The position numbers were made by a program, and so were the translations under genes. Under the pieces are notes generated by a model, which was not told the DNA's origin, made no database searches, and saw only the letters and a program-made list of their open reading frames with translations. Source: a virus. From it: DNA of 25,332 nucleotides. Positions 6,578 to 15,203 of the stretch are shown piece by piece (position 1 is the stretch's first letter; every line of letters starts with the position of its first letter). Location of the stretch: the UHGV virus genome UHGV-0346448. One strand, given 5' to 3'.

Positions 6578-6826
6578 ATGACACCTGAGCAATTAGCCTT
6601 ATCAGAGGCAATCGCTCTGGCTGGTGGTCAATCAGAATTGGCTCGGAAGCTCACAGCCAGCAGTGGTCGTTTAGTAAAGCAACAACATGTCTGGAACTGG
6701 TTGAACAGAGAAAAGCGTCCCCCTGCAAAGCTCTCGATATTTATTGAAATGACCACTGGCGTATCAAAAGAAAAATTACGTCCAGATATTTTTCAAAAGA
6801 TTAAAGACTTATCAGATGGAAAGTAA
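6578..6826 (+). CDS. cro: Cro-like / YdaS-like HTH regulator (82 aa)
   Basis: AGGAGAAA RBS; first gene rightward of O_R; pattern GGQSELARKL...V.NW...EKLRPDI resembles my memory of YdaS/Cro-type small HTH proteins. Confidence 0.75.
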   Translation: MTPEQLALSEAIALAGGQSELARKLTASSGRLVKQQHVWNWLNREKRPPAKLSIFIEMTTGVSKEKLRPDIFQKIKDLSDGK

Positions 6827-6848
6827 CCACAGTTTTAAGGAGATAGCC

Positions 6849-7406
6849 GTGGGTAAGCATCACTGGAAAGTAGAAAAACAGCCTGAGTGGTACGTGAAAG
6901 CTGTCAGAAAAACTATCGCAACGTTGCCGGGTGGTTACGCTGAAGCAGCTGACTGGCTGGATGTAACAGAGAACGCATTATTTAACCGCCTTCGTGCTGA
7001 TGGCGATCAGATTTTCCCGCTGGGATGGGCAATGGTTTTACAGCGTGCTGGTGGCACTCACTTCATTGCTGATGCTGTGGCGCAGTCTGCAAATGGCGTC
7101 TTTGTGTCTCTTCCTGACGTCGAGGATGTGGACAACGCCGATATTAACCAGCGCCTGCTGGAAGTCATCGAACAGATCGGGAGTTACTCAAAGCAGATTC
7201 GTTCGGCAATCGAAGATGGGGTAGTGGAGCCACACGAGCAGACAGCAATTAATGATGAGTTGTATCTGTCAATTTCGAAGCTCCAGGAGCATGCAGCACT
7301 GGTCTACAAAATCTTTTGCGCTCCAGAAAAGAGTAACGCCCGCGAGTGTGCAGCTCCGGGCGTCGTGGCGTCGATTGCTTCTGGTTGTGGAGAAACTAAC
7401 GCATGA
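6849..7406 (+). CDS. CII-like / YdaT-like early regulator
   Basis: Position directly after cro; AAGGAG RBS 6 nt before in-frame GTG 6849 (the track ORF starts at ATG 6816, which lacks an RBS); family call from position and size only. Confidence 0.5.
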   Translation: MGKHHWKVEKQPEWYVKAVRKTIATLPGGYAEAADWLDVTENALFNRLRADGDQIFPLGWAMVLQRAGGTHFIADAVAQSANGVFVSLPDVEDVDNADINQRLLEVIEQIGSYSKQIRSAIEDGVVEPHEQTAINDELYLSISKLQEHAALVYKIFCAPEKSNARECAAPGVVASIASGCGETNA

Positions 7407-7741
7407 ACAGTTTAACAACACACTACCGTCGTTCGCAACTGATTGCACTTCCTGTACCGGGTGGAAAAGCGAAGGTGGAGTATTGCTATGCAGTGAATGT
7501 ACCAGGTGACAGGGAAATTGTAACCCACAGCTTTGCAGAGTGGGCTGTGGGTGATTTCAACCGGCAGAAGGAGACAGTCCTTTGCGACAAGTTAACCGCT
7601 GGTTCAAAGATCACTACGGAGTGCCCGTCAGAGTCATTCGTTGGGAGCCGGAAACACAACGGGTTATCTACCTCCGTGAAGGCTATGAACATGAATGCTT
7701 CAGTCCGCTCGAACAGTTTCGTCGTAAATTCAGGGAAATAG
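7403..7741 (+). CDS. Hypothetical protein; possible frameshifted gene (see overlapping ORF 7582-7794)
   Basis: ATG 7403 overlaps the upstream stop (ATGA); stop 9 nt before the O-like gene start; C-terminal third is Ser/Asn-rich and looks less protein-like than the overlapping frame. Confidence 0.35.
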   Translation: MNSLTTHYRRSQLIALPVPGGKAKVEYCYAVNVPGDREIVTHSFAEWAVGDFNRQKETVLCDKLTAGSKITTECPSESFVGSRKHNGLSTSVKAMNMNASVRSNSFVVNSGK

Positions 7742-7794
7742 AGGTCGGTCATGAGCCTGTTAATGACATCCCAGCCCATTGTGATAAATCGTGA
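7582..7794 (+). CDS. Alternative-frame ORF (70 codons) with protein-like composition; possible downstream half of a frameshifted gene
   Basis: Frame opens after TGA 7552-7554; TTG at 7582 with GGAGA RBS 9 nt upstream; translation ...[49 protein letters not shown]; overlaps the next gene by 44 nt. Confidence 0.3.
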   Translation: MRQVNRWFKDHYGVPVRVIRWEPETQRVIYLREGYEHECFSPLEQFRRKFREIEVGHEPVNDIPAHCDKS

Positions 7795-8743
7795 TCTTGC
7801 ATGCCGTATTGGTCTGAATGAGGCAATTGTGTTGCAGCAGCTTCATTACTGGCTGAATGAAACGAATTCAGGCACTGAGCATGGCGGAATTCGCTGGGTT
7901 TATAACACGACAGAACAGTGGCTGGAGCAGTTTCCGTTCTGGTCAGAGTCCACTCTGAAACGCACATTTGCAAGCCTGAAATCACTTGGGGTTTTGCGTC
8001 GCGAGCAACTCAATAAATCGAAGCGTGACATGACCAACTTCTACACGATCAACTATGAAAGTGAGCTTTTAGAAGAGGTCAAAGTGAACGAATCCATCAG
8101 GTCAAAATGCTCTTCTCCATCGGGTCAAAGTGACCTGATGGATGGGCGCAAAATGACACGATCCATTGGTTCAAAACGACACGCTGTCATCGGGTCAAAA
8201 TGGCCCAATGATCTTACAGAGAATACAACAGAGATTACTACAGAGAATAAAACCTCTTCTCGTCCGGACGCTTCGCAACCGGACACGCAAACGGCTGAAC
8301 AGGAGTTTTTAACTCGCCATCCTGATGCGGTTGTATTCAGCCCTAAAAAGCGCCAGTGGGGAACGCAGGATGATTTGACCTGCGCACAGTGGCTCTGGAA
8401 AAAAATCATCGCCCTGTACGAGCAGGCCGCCGAATGTGACGGCGAGGTGGTTCGTCCCAAAGAACCGAACTGGACAGCATGGGCAAACGAAATTCGCCTG
8501 ATGTGTGTGCAGGATGGTCGTACTCACAAACAAATCTGCGAGATGTACAGCCGCGTCAGCCGCGATCCGTTCTGGTGCCGTAACGTGCTCAGCCCGTCGA
8601 AGTTGCGGGAAAAATGGGATGAGCTTTCCCTGCGCTTATCGCCGTCCGTCAGCACGCACACAGAAAAACGTGAAGACCCGTACTTCAAAGCCAGTTACGA
8701 CAACGTGGACTACAGCCAGATCCCGGCAGGATTCAGGGGGTGA
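7751..8743 (+). CDS. Replication initiator / replisome organiser (lambda O-like role) carrying internal origin iterons
   Basis: 330-aa ORF after the cro/cII-like genes; N-terminal winged-helix-like segment (LNEAIVLQQLHYWLNE); iteron-like direct repeats and an AT-rich tract inside the gene, as in lambda ori. Confidence 0.7.
   Translation: MSLLMTSQPIVINRDLACRIGLNEAIVLQQLHYWLNETNSGTEHGGIRWVYNTTEQWLEQFPFWSESTLKRTFASLKSLGVLRREQLNKSKRDMTNFYTINYESELLEEVKVNESIRSKCSSPSGQSDLMDGRKMTRSIGSKRHAVIGSKWPNDLTENTTEITTENKTSSRPDASQPDTQTAEQEFLTRHPDAVVFSPKKRQWGTQDDLTCAQWLWKKIIALYEQAAECDGEVVRPKEPNWTAWANEIRLMCVQDGRTHKQICEMYSRVSRDPFWCRNVLSPSKLREKWDELSLRLSPSVSTHTEKREDPYFKASYDNVDYSQIPAGFRG
8074..8260. repeat. Candidate replication origin: four or more iteron-like direct repeats plus adjacent AT-rich ACAGAGAATA repeats
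   Basis: CATCAGGTCAAAATG (8095-8109), CATCGGGTCAAAGTG (8119-8133), CATTGGTTCAAAACG (8165-8179), CATCGGGTCAAAATG (8188-8202); then acagagaata / acagagatta / acagagaataaaa at 8215-8250. Confidence 0.5.
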
Positions 8744-8745
8744 TC

Positions 8746-8838
8746 ATGAGTCTGTTAAATGACGTTCAGAAATTCATTGAAGCCCATCCGGGCTGTACTT
8801 CCGGAGACATTGCGGATGCTTTTTACGTGGGGGCTTAA
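8746..8838 (+). CDS. Small hypothetical protein (30 aa)
   Basis: ATG 8746 directly after the O-like stop; stop overlaps the Dam start (TAATG); translation MSLLNDVQKFIEAHPGCTSGDIADAFYVGA. Confidence 0.3.
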   Translation: MSLLNDVQKFIEAHPGCTSGDIADAFYVGA

Positions 8839-9491
8839 TGAGTAATAAATATTGCCAGGCGCTGGTAGAACTGCGGAACAAACCAGCCCATGAACTGAAG
8901 GAAGTGGGCGATCAGTGGCGCACGCCGGACAACATTTTCTGGGGAATTAACACCTTGTTTGGTCCGTTTGTTCTGGATCTGTTCACTGACGGTGATAACG
9001 CCAAATGTGCCGCGTATTACACGGCGGAAGACAACGCGCTGGCGCATGACTGGTCAGAACGTCTTGCGGAGCTTAAAGGTGCTGCCTTTGGTAATCCCCC
9101 ATACAGCCGCGCCAGTCAGCATGAGGGGCAATACATCACCGGCATGCGTTACATCATGAAACATGCCAGTGCCATGCGTGATAAAGGCGGGCGCTATGTT
9201 TTCCTGATCAAAGCTGCCACCAGCGAAGTGTGGTGGCCGGAAGATGCAGATCATATTGCTTTTATTCGCGGGCGTATTGGTTTTGAACTGCCTGCCTGGT
9301 TTATCCCGAAAGATGAGAAGCAGGTGCCGACAGGCGCTTTCTTCGCTGGTGCTATTGCTGTTTTTGACAAGACCTGGAAGGGACCGGCAATCAGCTACAT
9401 CGGGCGCGATGAACTTGAGGCATGTGGTGAGGCCTTTCTGGCGCAGGTTCGCCAGCAGGCAGAAAAACTGGTCAGGGAGATGGTGGCATGA
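8838..9491 (+). CDS. Phage DNA N6-adenine methyltransferase (Dam-like)
   Basis: Catalytic NPPY motif (AAFGNPPYSR), hallmark of N6-adenine methyltransferases; typical position in lambdoid replication / nin-like regions. Confidence 0.85.
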   Translation: MSNKYCQALVELRNKPAHELKEVGDQWRTPDNIFWGINTLFGPFVLDLFTDGDNAKCAAYYTAEDNALAHDWSERLAELKGAAFGNPPYSRASQHEGQYITGMRYIMKHASAMRDKGGRYVFLIKAATSEVWWPEDADHIAFIRGRIGFELPAWFIPKDEKQVPTGAFFAGAIAVFDKTWKGPAISYIGRDELEACGEAFLAQVRQQAEKLVREMVA

Positions 9492-9877
9492 AGCTGATCC
9501 TGCCTTTCCCGCCCAGCGTGAACACGTACTGGCGACACCCCAACAAAGGGGCGTTTGCTGGTAAGAGCCTGATAAGCGCGGCGGGGCGCAAATTCCAGAG
9601 CGCGGCGTGTGCAGCAATAGTTGAGCAGTTACGTCGTCTGCCAAAACCAACGTCGGCACCTGCTTCAGTGGAGATCGTGTTGTTTCCTCCTGATAACAGG
9701 ATCCGCGATCTGGACAACTATAACAAGGCACTGTTTGACGCCCTGACACACGCGGGTGTGTGGGAAGACGACAGCCAGGTGAAAAGAATGCTGGTGGAGT
9801 GGGGACCGGTTATCCCGGAAGGGAAGGTCGAGATCACTATCAGTAAGTACGAGAAAACGGCGGGTGCAGCCGCCTGA
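9488..9877 (+). CDS. rusA: RusA Holliday-junction resolvase
   Basis: Motifs typical of RusA as remembered (LPFPPSVNTYWRH, RDLDNYNKALFDALT, WEDDSQV); ATGA overlap with dam; ~129 aa. Confidence 0.9.
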   Translation: MKLILPFPPSVNTYWRHPNKGAFAGKSLISAAGRKFQSAACAAIVEQLRRLPKPTSAPASVEIVLFPPDNRIRDLDNYNKALFDALTHAGVWEDDSQVKRMLVEWGPVIPEGKVEITISKYEKTAGAAA

Positions 9878-9896
9878 TTAAGAGGAGAAACGAAGT

Positions 9897-10706
9897 ATGA
9901 ATAATCTGATGGTCATTGATGGTATTGAAGTTCGTCGTGATGCTTATGGGCGTTACAGCCTGAACGATCTGCATCGCGCAGCAGTAGCATCTGGTGCCAA
10001 TGCCAGAACCAAGGAGCCAGGAAAGTTTCTTTCCAGCCAACAAACTGTTGAACTTGTTCATGAATTGACCAACACCCAGAATTTGGGTGTTGATCCGGTG
10101 AGTGTGATTCATGGGGGAAATGAACGGGGAACTTATGTCTGCAAGGAACTGGTGTATGCCTATGCAATGTGGATCAGCCCGTCATTCCATCTGAAGGTGA
10201 TCCGTACTTTCGATATGGTAACCAGCACACCGGAAAAATTATCCGGGCAGGCTGCTGACAAGATGCAGGCTGGCGTGATTCTGCTGGACTTTATGCGCCG
10301 GGAGTTAAACCTGTCTAACTCTTCAGTGCTTGGTGCCTGTCAGAAACTCCAGGAGGCTGTTGGCTTACCGAATTTGGCACCGCGCTATGCCATTGATGCT
10401 CCTGCTGACGCGCCTGATGGCTCAAGCCGCCCCACGCTGTCACTGAGTGCACTGCTGAAGCAGTATGGTATCCGCCTGACAGCTAATCAGGCATATCACC
10501 AGATGGCGAAGCTGGGGATCGTTGAACAACGTGAACGATACAGCCGCACTGCGATTAACAACATCAAAAAATTCTGGTCGCTGACGGCGAAAGGCTGCAT
10601 GTTCGGCAAGAACATCACCAGTCCTGCAAATCCGCGCGAGACGCAGCCGCATTTCTTCGAATCCCGATTCCCTGAGCTGTTAAAGCTGCTCGATACCGTT
10701 CATTGA
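9897..10706 (+). CDS. KilA-N domain protein (anti-repressor-like)
   Basis: N-terminal KilA-N/APSES-like segment (MVIDGIEVRRDAYGRYSLNDLHRAA...KEPGKFL); strong AAGAGGAGAAA RBS. Confidence 0.75.
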   Translation: MNNLMVIDGIEVRRDAYGRYSLNDLHRAAVASGANARTKEPGKFLSSQQTVELVHELTNTQNLGVDPVSVIHGGNERGTYVCKELVYAYAMWISPSFHLKVIRTFDMVTSTPEKLSGQAADKMQAGVILLDFMRRELNLSNSSVLGACQKLQEAVGLPNLAPRYAIDAPADAPDGSSRPTLSLSALLKQYGIRLTANQAYHQMAKLGIVEQRERYSRTAINNIKKFWSLTAKGCMFGKNITSPANPRETQPHFFESRFPELLKLLDTVH

Positions 10707-10713
10707 GGTGACC

Positions 10714-11703
10714 GTGAGAGCACTACTGACCCCTGAAATTGCCCCGCGTATGGGGATCGTATTGTTCAGACCAGGTTCAGAGCTGATGCCCCTGTTTATG
10801 CAGGGGCGTGTCCTGCTGGAGCCTGAGCCGGAACGTTATTCATCTTTTGCCAGTGGTGCCGTTCCGGCGGTATCACAACCGCTGGCGGATGATCCTGCCG
10901 TTCGGGGCGTGTTCCGCAATGAGGCAGTGATCCGTCGTGCTGGTGGCGTGGAATGTCTTGAAAGCTGGTTACTTCGTGAAAAAGGCTGCCAGTGGCCTCA
11001 TTCCGACTGGCACAGCGAGAACATGACCACAATGCGGCACGCGCCGGGCGCAATCCGTCTGTGCTGGCACTGCGATAACCAGTTGCGCGATCAGTTCACG
11101 GAACGGCTGGAATCAATGGCAACGGATAACTGTGCCCGCTGGGTGTTATCTGTTGTGCGCCGTGATCTCGGTTTTGATGACAGTCACGTTGTGACAATGC
11201 CGGAACTGTGCTGGTGGCTGGTTCGTAATGACCTGGCTGATGCCTTACCGGAAAGTGCAGCCCGTAAGGCACTGAGATTACCGAAGCCTGTTGTGCCGTC
11301 TGTCACCCGGGAGAGTGACCTTGTTCCTTCGGTTCCTGCCACCAGCATTATCCAGGATAAAGCGAAAAAGGTGCTGGCGCTGAAAGTGGATCCTGAGTCG
11401 CCGGAGTCTTTTATGTTACGCCCAAAACGTCGCCGCTGGGTTAATGAAAAGTACACGCGCTGGGTTAAGACACAGCCGTGTGCATGTTGTGGAAAGCCTG
11501 CTGATGATCCCCACCACTTGATAGGCCACGGTCAGGGTGGAATGGGTACTAAAGCGCATGACCTCTTTGTGTTGCCTTTGTGCAGAAAGCATCACGACGA
11601 GCTGCATGCGGATACCGTGGTATTTGAAGAGAAGTATGGCTCCCAGTTGGAGCTGATATTTCGTTTTATTGATCGTGCGCTGGCAATTGGCGTGCTGGCG
11701 TAA
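10714..11703 (+). CDS. DUF968-family protein with C-terminal Cys/His metal-binding (HNH-like) motif
   Basis: C-terminal CACCGKPADDPHH...CRKHHDELH; size and position typical of DUF968 proteins in nin regions; start ambiguous (GTG 10708 or 10714, GAGG RBS favours 10714; ATG at about 10750 also possible). Confidence 0.65.
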   Translation: MRALLTPEIAPRMGIVLFRPGSELMPLFMQGRVLLEPEPERYSSFASGAVPAVSQPLADDPAVRGVFRNEAVIRRAGGVECLESWLLREKGCQWPHSDWHSENMTTMRHAPGAIRLCWHCDNQLRDQFTERLESMATDNCARWVLSVVRRDLGFDDSHVVTMPELCWWLVRNDLADALPESAARKALRLPKPVVPSVTRESDLVPSVPATSIIQDKAKKVLALKVDPESPESFMLRPKRRRWVNEKYTRWVKTQPCACCGKPADDPHHLIGHGQGGMGTKAHDLFVLPLCRKHHDELHADTVVFEEKYGSQLELIFRFIDRALAIGVLA

Positions 11704-11717
11704 GTGGAGAACTCTAA

Positions 11718-12296
11718 ATGATTAATCCTTCTGAAATTGGCAAAACGGGTGAAATGGTTCGTCTTCGTACTCTGGAAAGTATCTGGGTTCAGGGGAAGCT
11801 CCGCATGTGGGGGCGTTGGTCTTATATCAGTGGAGGGACTAGCGGTAACATGTTTAACCAACTGCTTGTATCCAGCAAAATTACCAAAACTGCAATCAAC
11901 GATGCGCTGCGCCGTATGAAAAAGTCAGGCATTACGAAACCAGAGCTCGAAGCTTATTTGCGCGAAATACTCAACAGTAAAAACAAAAGTAGTCTGGCGT
12001 TTTGCTCGGACGATGAAGGCCTGAAGATTGACGGTGTGATCGCCTCGGTGCTGATGAATAATGATTACCGTTCTCTATACGGTGTGATTGTTGGCCGGTA
12101 TTGTCTGCGTAAGAGCAAGTTGCAAATGGCCAATGAGCTTCATATTAAACATCCTGACTGGGCGCTCATTACCTGTCGCCGCCGAGTTGACACATGGATA
12201 AGTTTGGCCGAATCGCTCCTGTACGCTCCACTATGTGATGCGTTTGGCACAAATAGCGACAGATTTAAATTGCAAAGTGAGCAAGAAAGTGCTTGA
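11718..12296 (+). CDS. Q: Late-gene antiterminator Q-like protein
   Basis: Last gene before a terminated short leader and the lysis cassette; GGAGAA RBS; Trp/Cys-containing pattern resembling phage-82-type Q proteins from memory (not verified). Confidence 0.55.
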   Translation: MINPSEIGKTGEMVRLRTLESIWVQGKLRMWGRWSYISGGTSGNMFNQLLVSSKITKTAINDALRRMKKSGITKPELEAYLREILNSKNKSSLAFCSDDEGLKIDGVIASVLMNNDYRSLYGVIVGRYCLRKSKLQMANELHIKHPDWALITCRRRVDTWISLAESLLYAPLCDAFGTNSDRFKLQSEQESA

Positions 12297-12345
12297 ATTG
12301 TGATAAGCTCGGGACGAAAAGCGAACTGAGCAACATAATAGTAAG

Positions 12346-12370
12346 AACCCGCCATTGTGCGGGTTTTTGC
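12346..12370 (+). terminator. tR'-like terminator downstream of Q (end of a short late leader RNA)
   Basis: Stem CCCGC/GCGGG (12348-12352 / 12359-12363) followed by TTTTT (12364-12368). Confidence 0.55.
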
Positions 12371-12435
12371 GTTTAGGAAAGGCTTGCCAAAAAGAATGAT
12401 GTTATAGTTTTCGAAAAAAATGCAGGAGAATAAAA

Positions 12436-13827
12436 ATGCTCTGTGGAGGTCTTTCTTTGCGAGACTTTATGCATAAACTGCATAAAGTTTTGCGACCAAC
12501 GGGTCCAGTTGTTTCTATGGAACTGTTATTTGGACGTGAAAAACATGTAACCGATCTCGAATTGGCGCTTTATGCTACAGGTCGGCATGCTTTCATTTAT
12601 GGTGATCGCGGAGTAGGAAAGACATCCTTAGCGCAAACTGTTGCTTTTAAGCTGCAGGAAGATGCTGAACCTATTTTGGTTGGCTGCGAGAAAGAATCCA
12701 CTTTTTCAAGTGTCATGAATGACATTATTTTGCGAGGCACACCTCAGGATAAGAAAATCGATACACAGGGATGGAGCTTTGGCTTAAATGTGGCTGGAAT
12801 TGGTGGTATCAATGCTGGTCAAAATCAAAAATATAATTATCCAGAACTGAAAATTGACTCAGTTTCTGCAGCCGTTCGGGCGTTGCAATTTTTAACTAAA
12901 GTTCACTCAAAGATTCCTTATATAGTTATCGATGAGTTTGACCAAATTGACTCTGATGAAGAACGACAAAAGTTTGGATCACTCATTAAACAACTTGGTG
13001 ATCAGGCGTGTGAAGTAAAATTAATTTTTACGGGGATTGGTGATTCTCTCGTTACTTTAATCGGAGGGCATAAATCAAGTGAGCGACAAATACATCAGGT
13101 ACATCTCGATAGTTTACCATGGAATGGTCGTTTTCAAATAATTGATAATGCTTTCGATGAGTTTGGCCTGACTGTCGATGATTCTGTCCGCTATAAAATT
13201 GCGGGTCTTAGTGACGGGTTCCCGAACTACATTCATCTTATTTGTGAAAAAATCCTTTTAACATGTCAAAGCTCAATACGTGAATACAGCTCTGTTGATT
13301 ACAACCTTTTCATTAAAGGGTTAAATGATGCAATTGATTCAGTCTCGGAAACTTTAAGGCAAAGTTACACGGATGCAACAGAGGGACGTGATGAGTCATA
13401 TAAGCATATTCTTTGGGCTATGTCCGATATGGCTGATTTGACCAGACATAAGACTCATATATCAGAATCGTACGTTAAAATTTGCAAATCGCTTGATGTA
13501 ACACCTTTAGATAAATCCACGTTTGAGCGAAAGTTCAATGCATTGAAGAAACCGACATTTGGATGCATCATCATCCCTGCTTTAGGGAATCGTCCATCTT
13601 GGTTTCGATTTAGAGAAAACATGCTTCGTGGTTATATTCGAATGAGAGCGGAGCAGCATGGACTTGAGTTGGACTTCCAAAATTATCGTGTTGCTGGAGA
13701 GCATTCTGCTAGGGCTATAGGCAAATACTCTGCTTATAAACCGTTAACTAATGTTGAAGGACGAGTAGCCAAGCTAAGAGGTGATAACGACTGGCTTGAC
13801 GACATAAAACCAAATCCTATTAAGTGA
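12436..13827 (+). CDS. AT-rich moron: ORC/Cdc6-like (AAA_16 / Arch_ATPase-type) P-loop NTPase, 463 aa; candidate single-gene anti-phage defence protein
   Basis: Walker A GDRGVGKTSLA; Walker B YIVIDEFDQ; AGGAG RBS; sits between Q/tR' and the holin; much more AT-rich than flanking phage genes; own terminator. Confidence 0.8.
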   Translation: MLCGGLSLRDFMHKLHKVLRPTGPVVSMELLFGREKHVTDLELALYATGRHAFIYGDRGVGKTSLAQTVAFKLQEDAEPILVGCEKESTFSSVMNDIILRGTPQDKKIDTQGWSFGLNVAGIGGINAGQNQKYNYPELKIDSVSAAVRALQFLTKVHSKIPYIVIDEFDQIDSDEERQKFGSLIKQLGDQACEVKLIFTGIGDSLVTLIGGHKSSERQIHQVHLDSLPWNGRFQIIDNAFDEFGLTVDDSVRYKIAGLSDGFPNYIHLICEKILLTCQSSIREYSSVDYNLFIKGLNDAIDSVSETLRQSYTDATEGRDESYKHILWAMSDMADLTRHKTHISESYVKICKSLDVTPLDKSTFERKFNALKKPTFGCIIIPALGNRPSWFRFRENMLRGYIRMRAEQHGLELDFQNYRVAGEHSARAIGKYSAYKPLTNVEGRVAKLRGDNDWLDDIKPNPIK

Positions 13828-13849
13828 CGATTAATGTGAATAATTAAAT

Positions 13850-13875
13850 CAGGCTGCCTTCGGGTGGCCTTTTTA
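13850..13875 (+). terminator. Probable terminator after the ATPase moron
   Basis: GC-rich imperfect hairpin (aggctgccttcgggtggcct) followed by TTTTT. Confidence 0.4.
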
Positions 13876-13923
13876 TTTCCAACACAGCACCCGCAAATAA
13901 TCGCAGGTGAGAGATAACTACAA

Positions 13924-14259
13924 ATGCCTCATAACCCAAATACTTGGCCGGACTGGCTGGAGTTGTTCCAGAGCTGGTGGCGTGGAGACACCCCGCTGGG
14001 GGCAGTGATTATGTCGATCGTTATGGCTGGTTTGCGTATCGCCTATTTTGGCGGAGGTGGTGGCTGGAAGCGAAAAACGCTCGAGATTTTGCTCTGTGGT
14101 GCTCTGACGCTGACTTTTGCATCCGCGCTTGAGTATGTCGGATGGCCTAAATCGCTTTCTGTTGCCATTGGTGGTGGCGTTGGGCTGATCGGTGTTGATG
14201 CCATTCGTGGAGCTGCAATGCGAGTAATCGGTAATAAGTTTAGTGGCTCTAAGGAGTAA
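13924..14259 (+). CDS. S: Holin (three predicted TM segments, class I-like)
   Basis: First gene of the lysis cassette immediately upstream of the endolysin; hydrophobic segments LGAVIMSIVMAGLRIAYF, LEILLCGALTLTFASAL, LSVAIGGGVGLIGV; charged C-terminus. Confidence 0.75.
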   Translation: MPHNPNTWPDWLELFQSWWRGDTPLGAVIMSIVMAGLRIAYFGGGGGWKRKTLEILLCGALTLTFASALEYVGWPKSLSVAIGGGVGLIGVDAIRGAAMRVIGNKFSGSKE

Positions 14260-14262
14260 TTT

Positions 14263-14739
14263 ATGCAGATACTAAATTCCCAGCGTAAAGCTTTCCTCGA
14301 TATGGTGGCATGGTCAGAAGGAACGGATAACGGACGGCAGAAAACCAGAAATCATGGTTATGACGTCATTGTAGGCGGAGAGCTATTTACTGATTACTCC
14401 GATCACCCTCGCAAACTTGTCACGCTAAACCCCAAACTCAAATCAACAGCCGCCGGGCGTTATCAGCTTCTTTCACGCTGGTGGGATGCTTACCGTAAAC
14501 AGCTTGGTTTGAAAGACTTCTCCCCCAAAAGCCAGGACGCAGTGGCATTGCAGCAGATTAAAGAGCGTGGCGCTTTACCGATGATTGATCGCGGTGATAT
14601 TCGTCAGGCTATCGACCGTTGCAGCAATATCTGGGCTTCACTGCCGGGGGCTGGTTACGGTCAGTTCGAGCATAATGCTGACAGCCTGATTGCAAAATTT
14701 AAAGAAGCTGGCGGAACGGTCAGAGAGATGGAGGCATGA
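14263..14739 (+). CDS. R: Endolysin, lambda R-type lytic transglycosylase
   Basis: Near-identical to lambda R as remembered ([47 protein letters not shown]...); 158 aa. Confidence 0.95.
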   Translation: MQILNSQRKAFLDMVAWSEGTDNGRQKTRNHGYDVIVGGELFTDYSDHPRKLVTLNPKLKSTAAGRYQLLSRWWDAYRKQLGLKDFSPKSQDAVALQQIKERGALPMIDRGDIRQAIDRCSNIWASLPGAGYGQFEHNADSLIAKFKEAGGTVREMEA

Positions 14740-15203
14740 GCAGAGTCACCGCGATTATCTCCGCTCTGGTTATCTGCATCATCGTCTGCCTGTCATGGTC
14801 TGTTAATCATTACCGTGACAACGCCATCACCTATAAAGACCAGCGCGATAAAAAAGTTAGTGAGCTGCAGCTGGCGACCGCCACCATTACTGACATGCAG
14901 CAGCGCCAGCGTGATGCTGATGCACTTGATGCTAAATACACGAAGGAGTTAGCTGATGCGAAAGCTGAAAATGATGCTCTTCGGCGCAAGCTTGATAATG
15001 GTGGTAGGGTGCTCGTCAAAGGCAGATGTCCAGTGCCAGCCACAACAAAAGCCTCCGGCACCGCCAGCGTGGGCAATGATGCCACCGTCGAACTCTCTCC
15101 AATTGCTGGACGAAACCTTCTCGGTATCAGATCCGGAATTATCAGAGATCAAGCATCATTGAGAGCGTTACAGGAATATATTGACACTCAGTGTCGGAAG
15201 TAA
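14736..15203 (+). CDS. Rz: Rz i-spanin
   Basis: N-terminal TM segment then coiled-coil-like region; ATGA overlap with the endolysin; an Rz1 gene is embedded in the +1 frame. Confidence 0.9.
   Translation: MSRVTAIISALVICIIVCLSWSVNHYRDNAITYKDQRDKKVSELQLATATITDMQQRQRDADALDAKYTKELADAKAENDALRRKLDNGGRVLVKGRCPVPATTKASGTASVGNDATVELSPIAGRNLLGIRSGIIRDQASLRALQEYIDTQCRK
14956..15162 (+). CDS. Rz1: Rz1 o-spanin (outer-membrane lipoprotein), embedded within Rz
   Basis: Signal peptide with lipobox (LIMVVGCSS); proline-rich mature region ([12 protein letters not shown]); entirely inside Rz in another frame, as in lambda. Confidence 0.85.
   Translation: MRKLKMMLFGASLIMVVGCSSKADVQCQPQQKPPAPPAWAMMPPSNSLQLLDETFSVSDPELSEIKHH

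Noticed and set aside
9054-9749. 231-aa minus-strand ORF
   Set aside because: Antisense to the well-supported Dam methyltransferase and RusA genes; Pro/Arg/Ser-rich composition typical of a GC-rich antisense frame.
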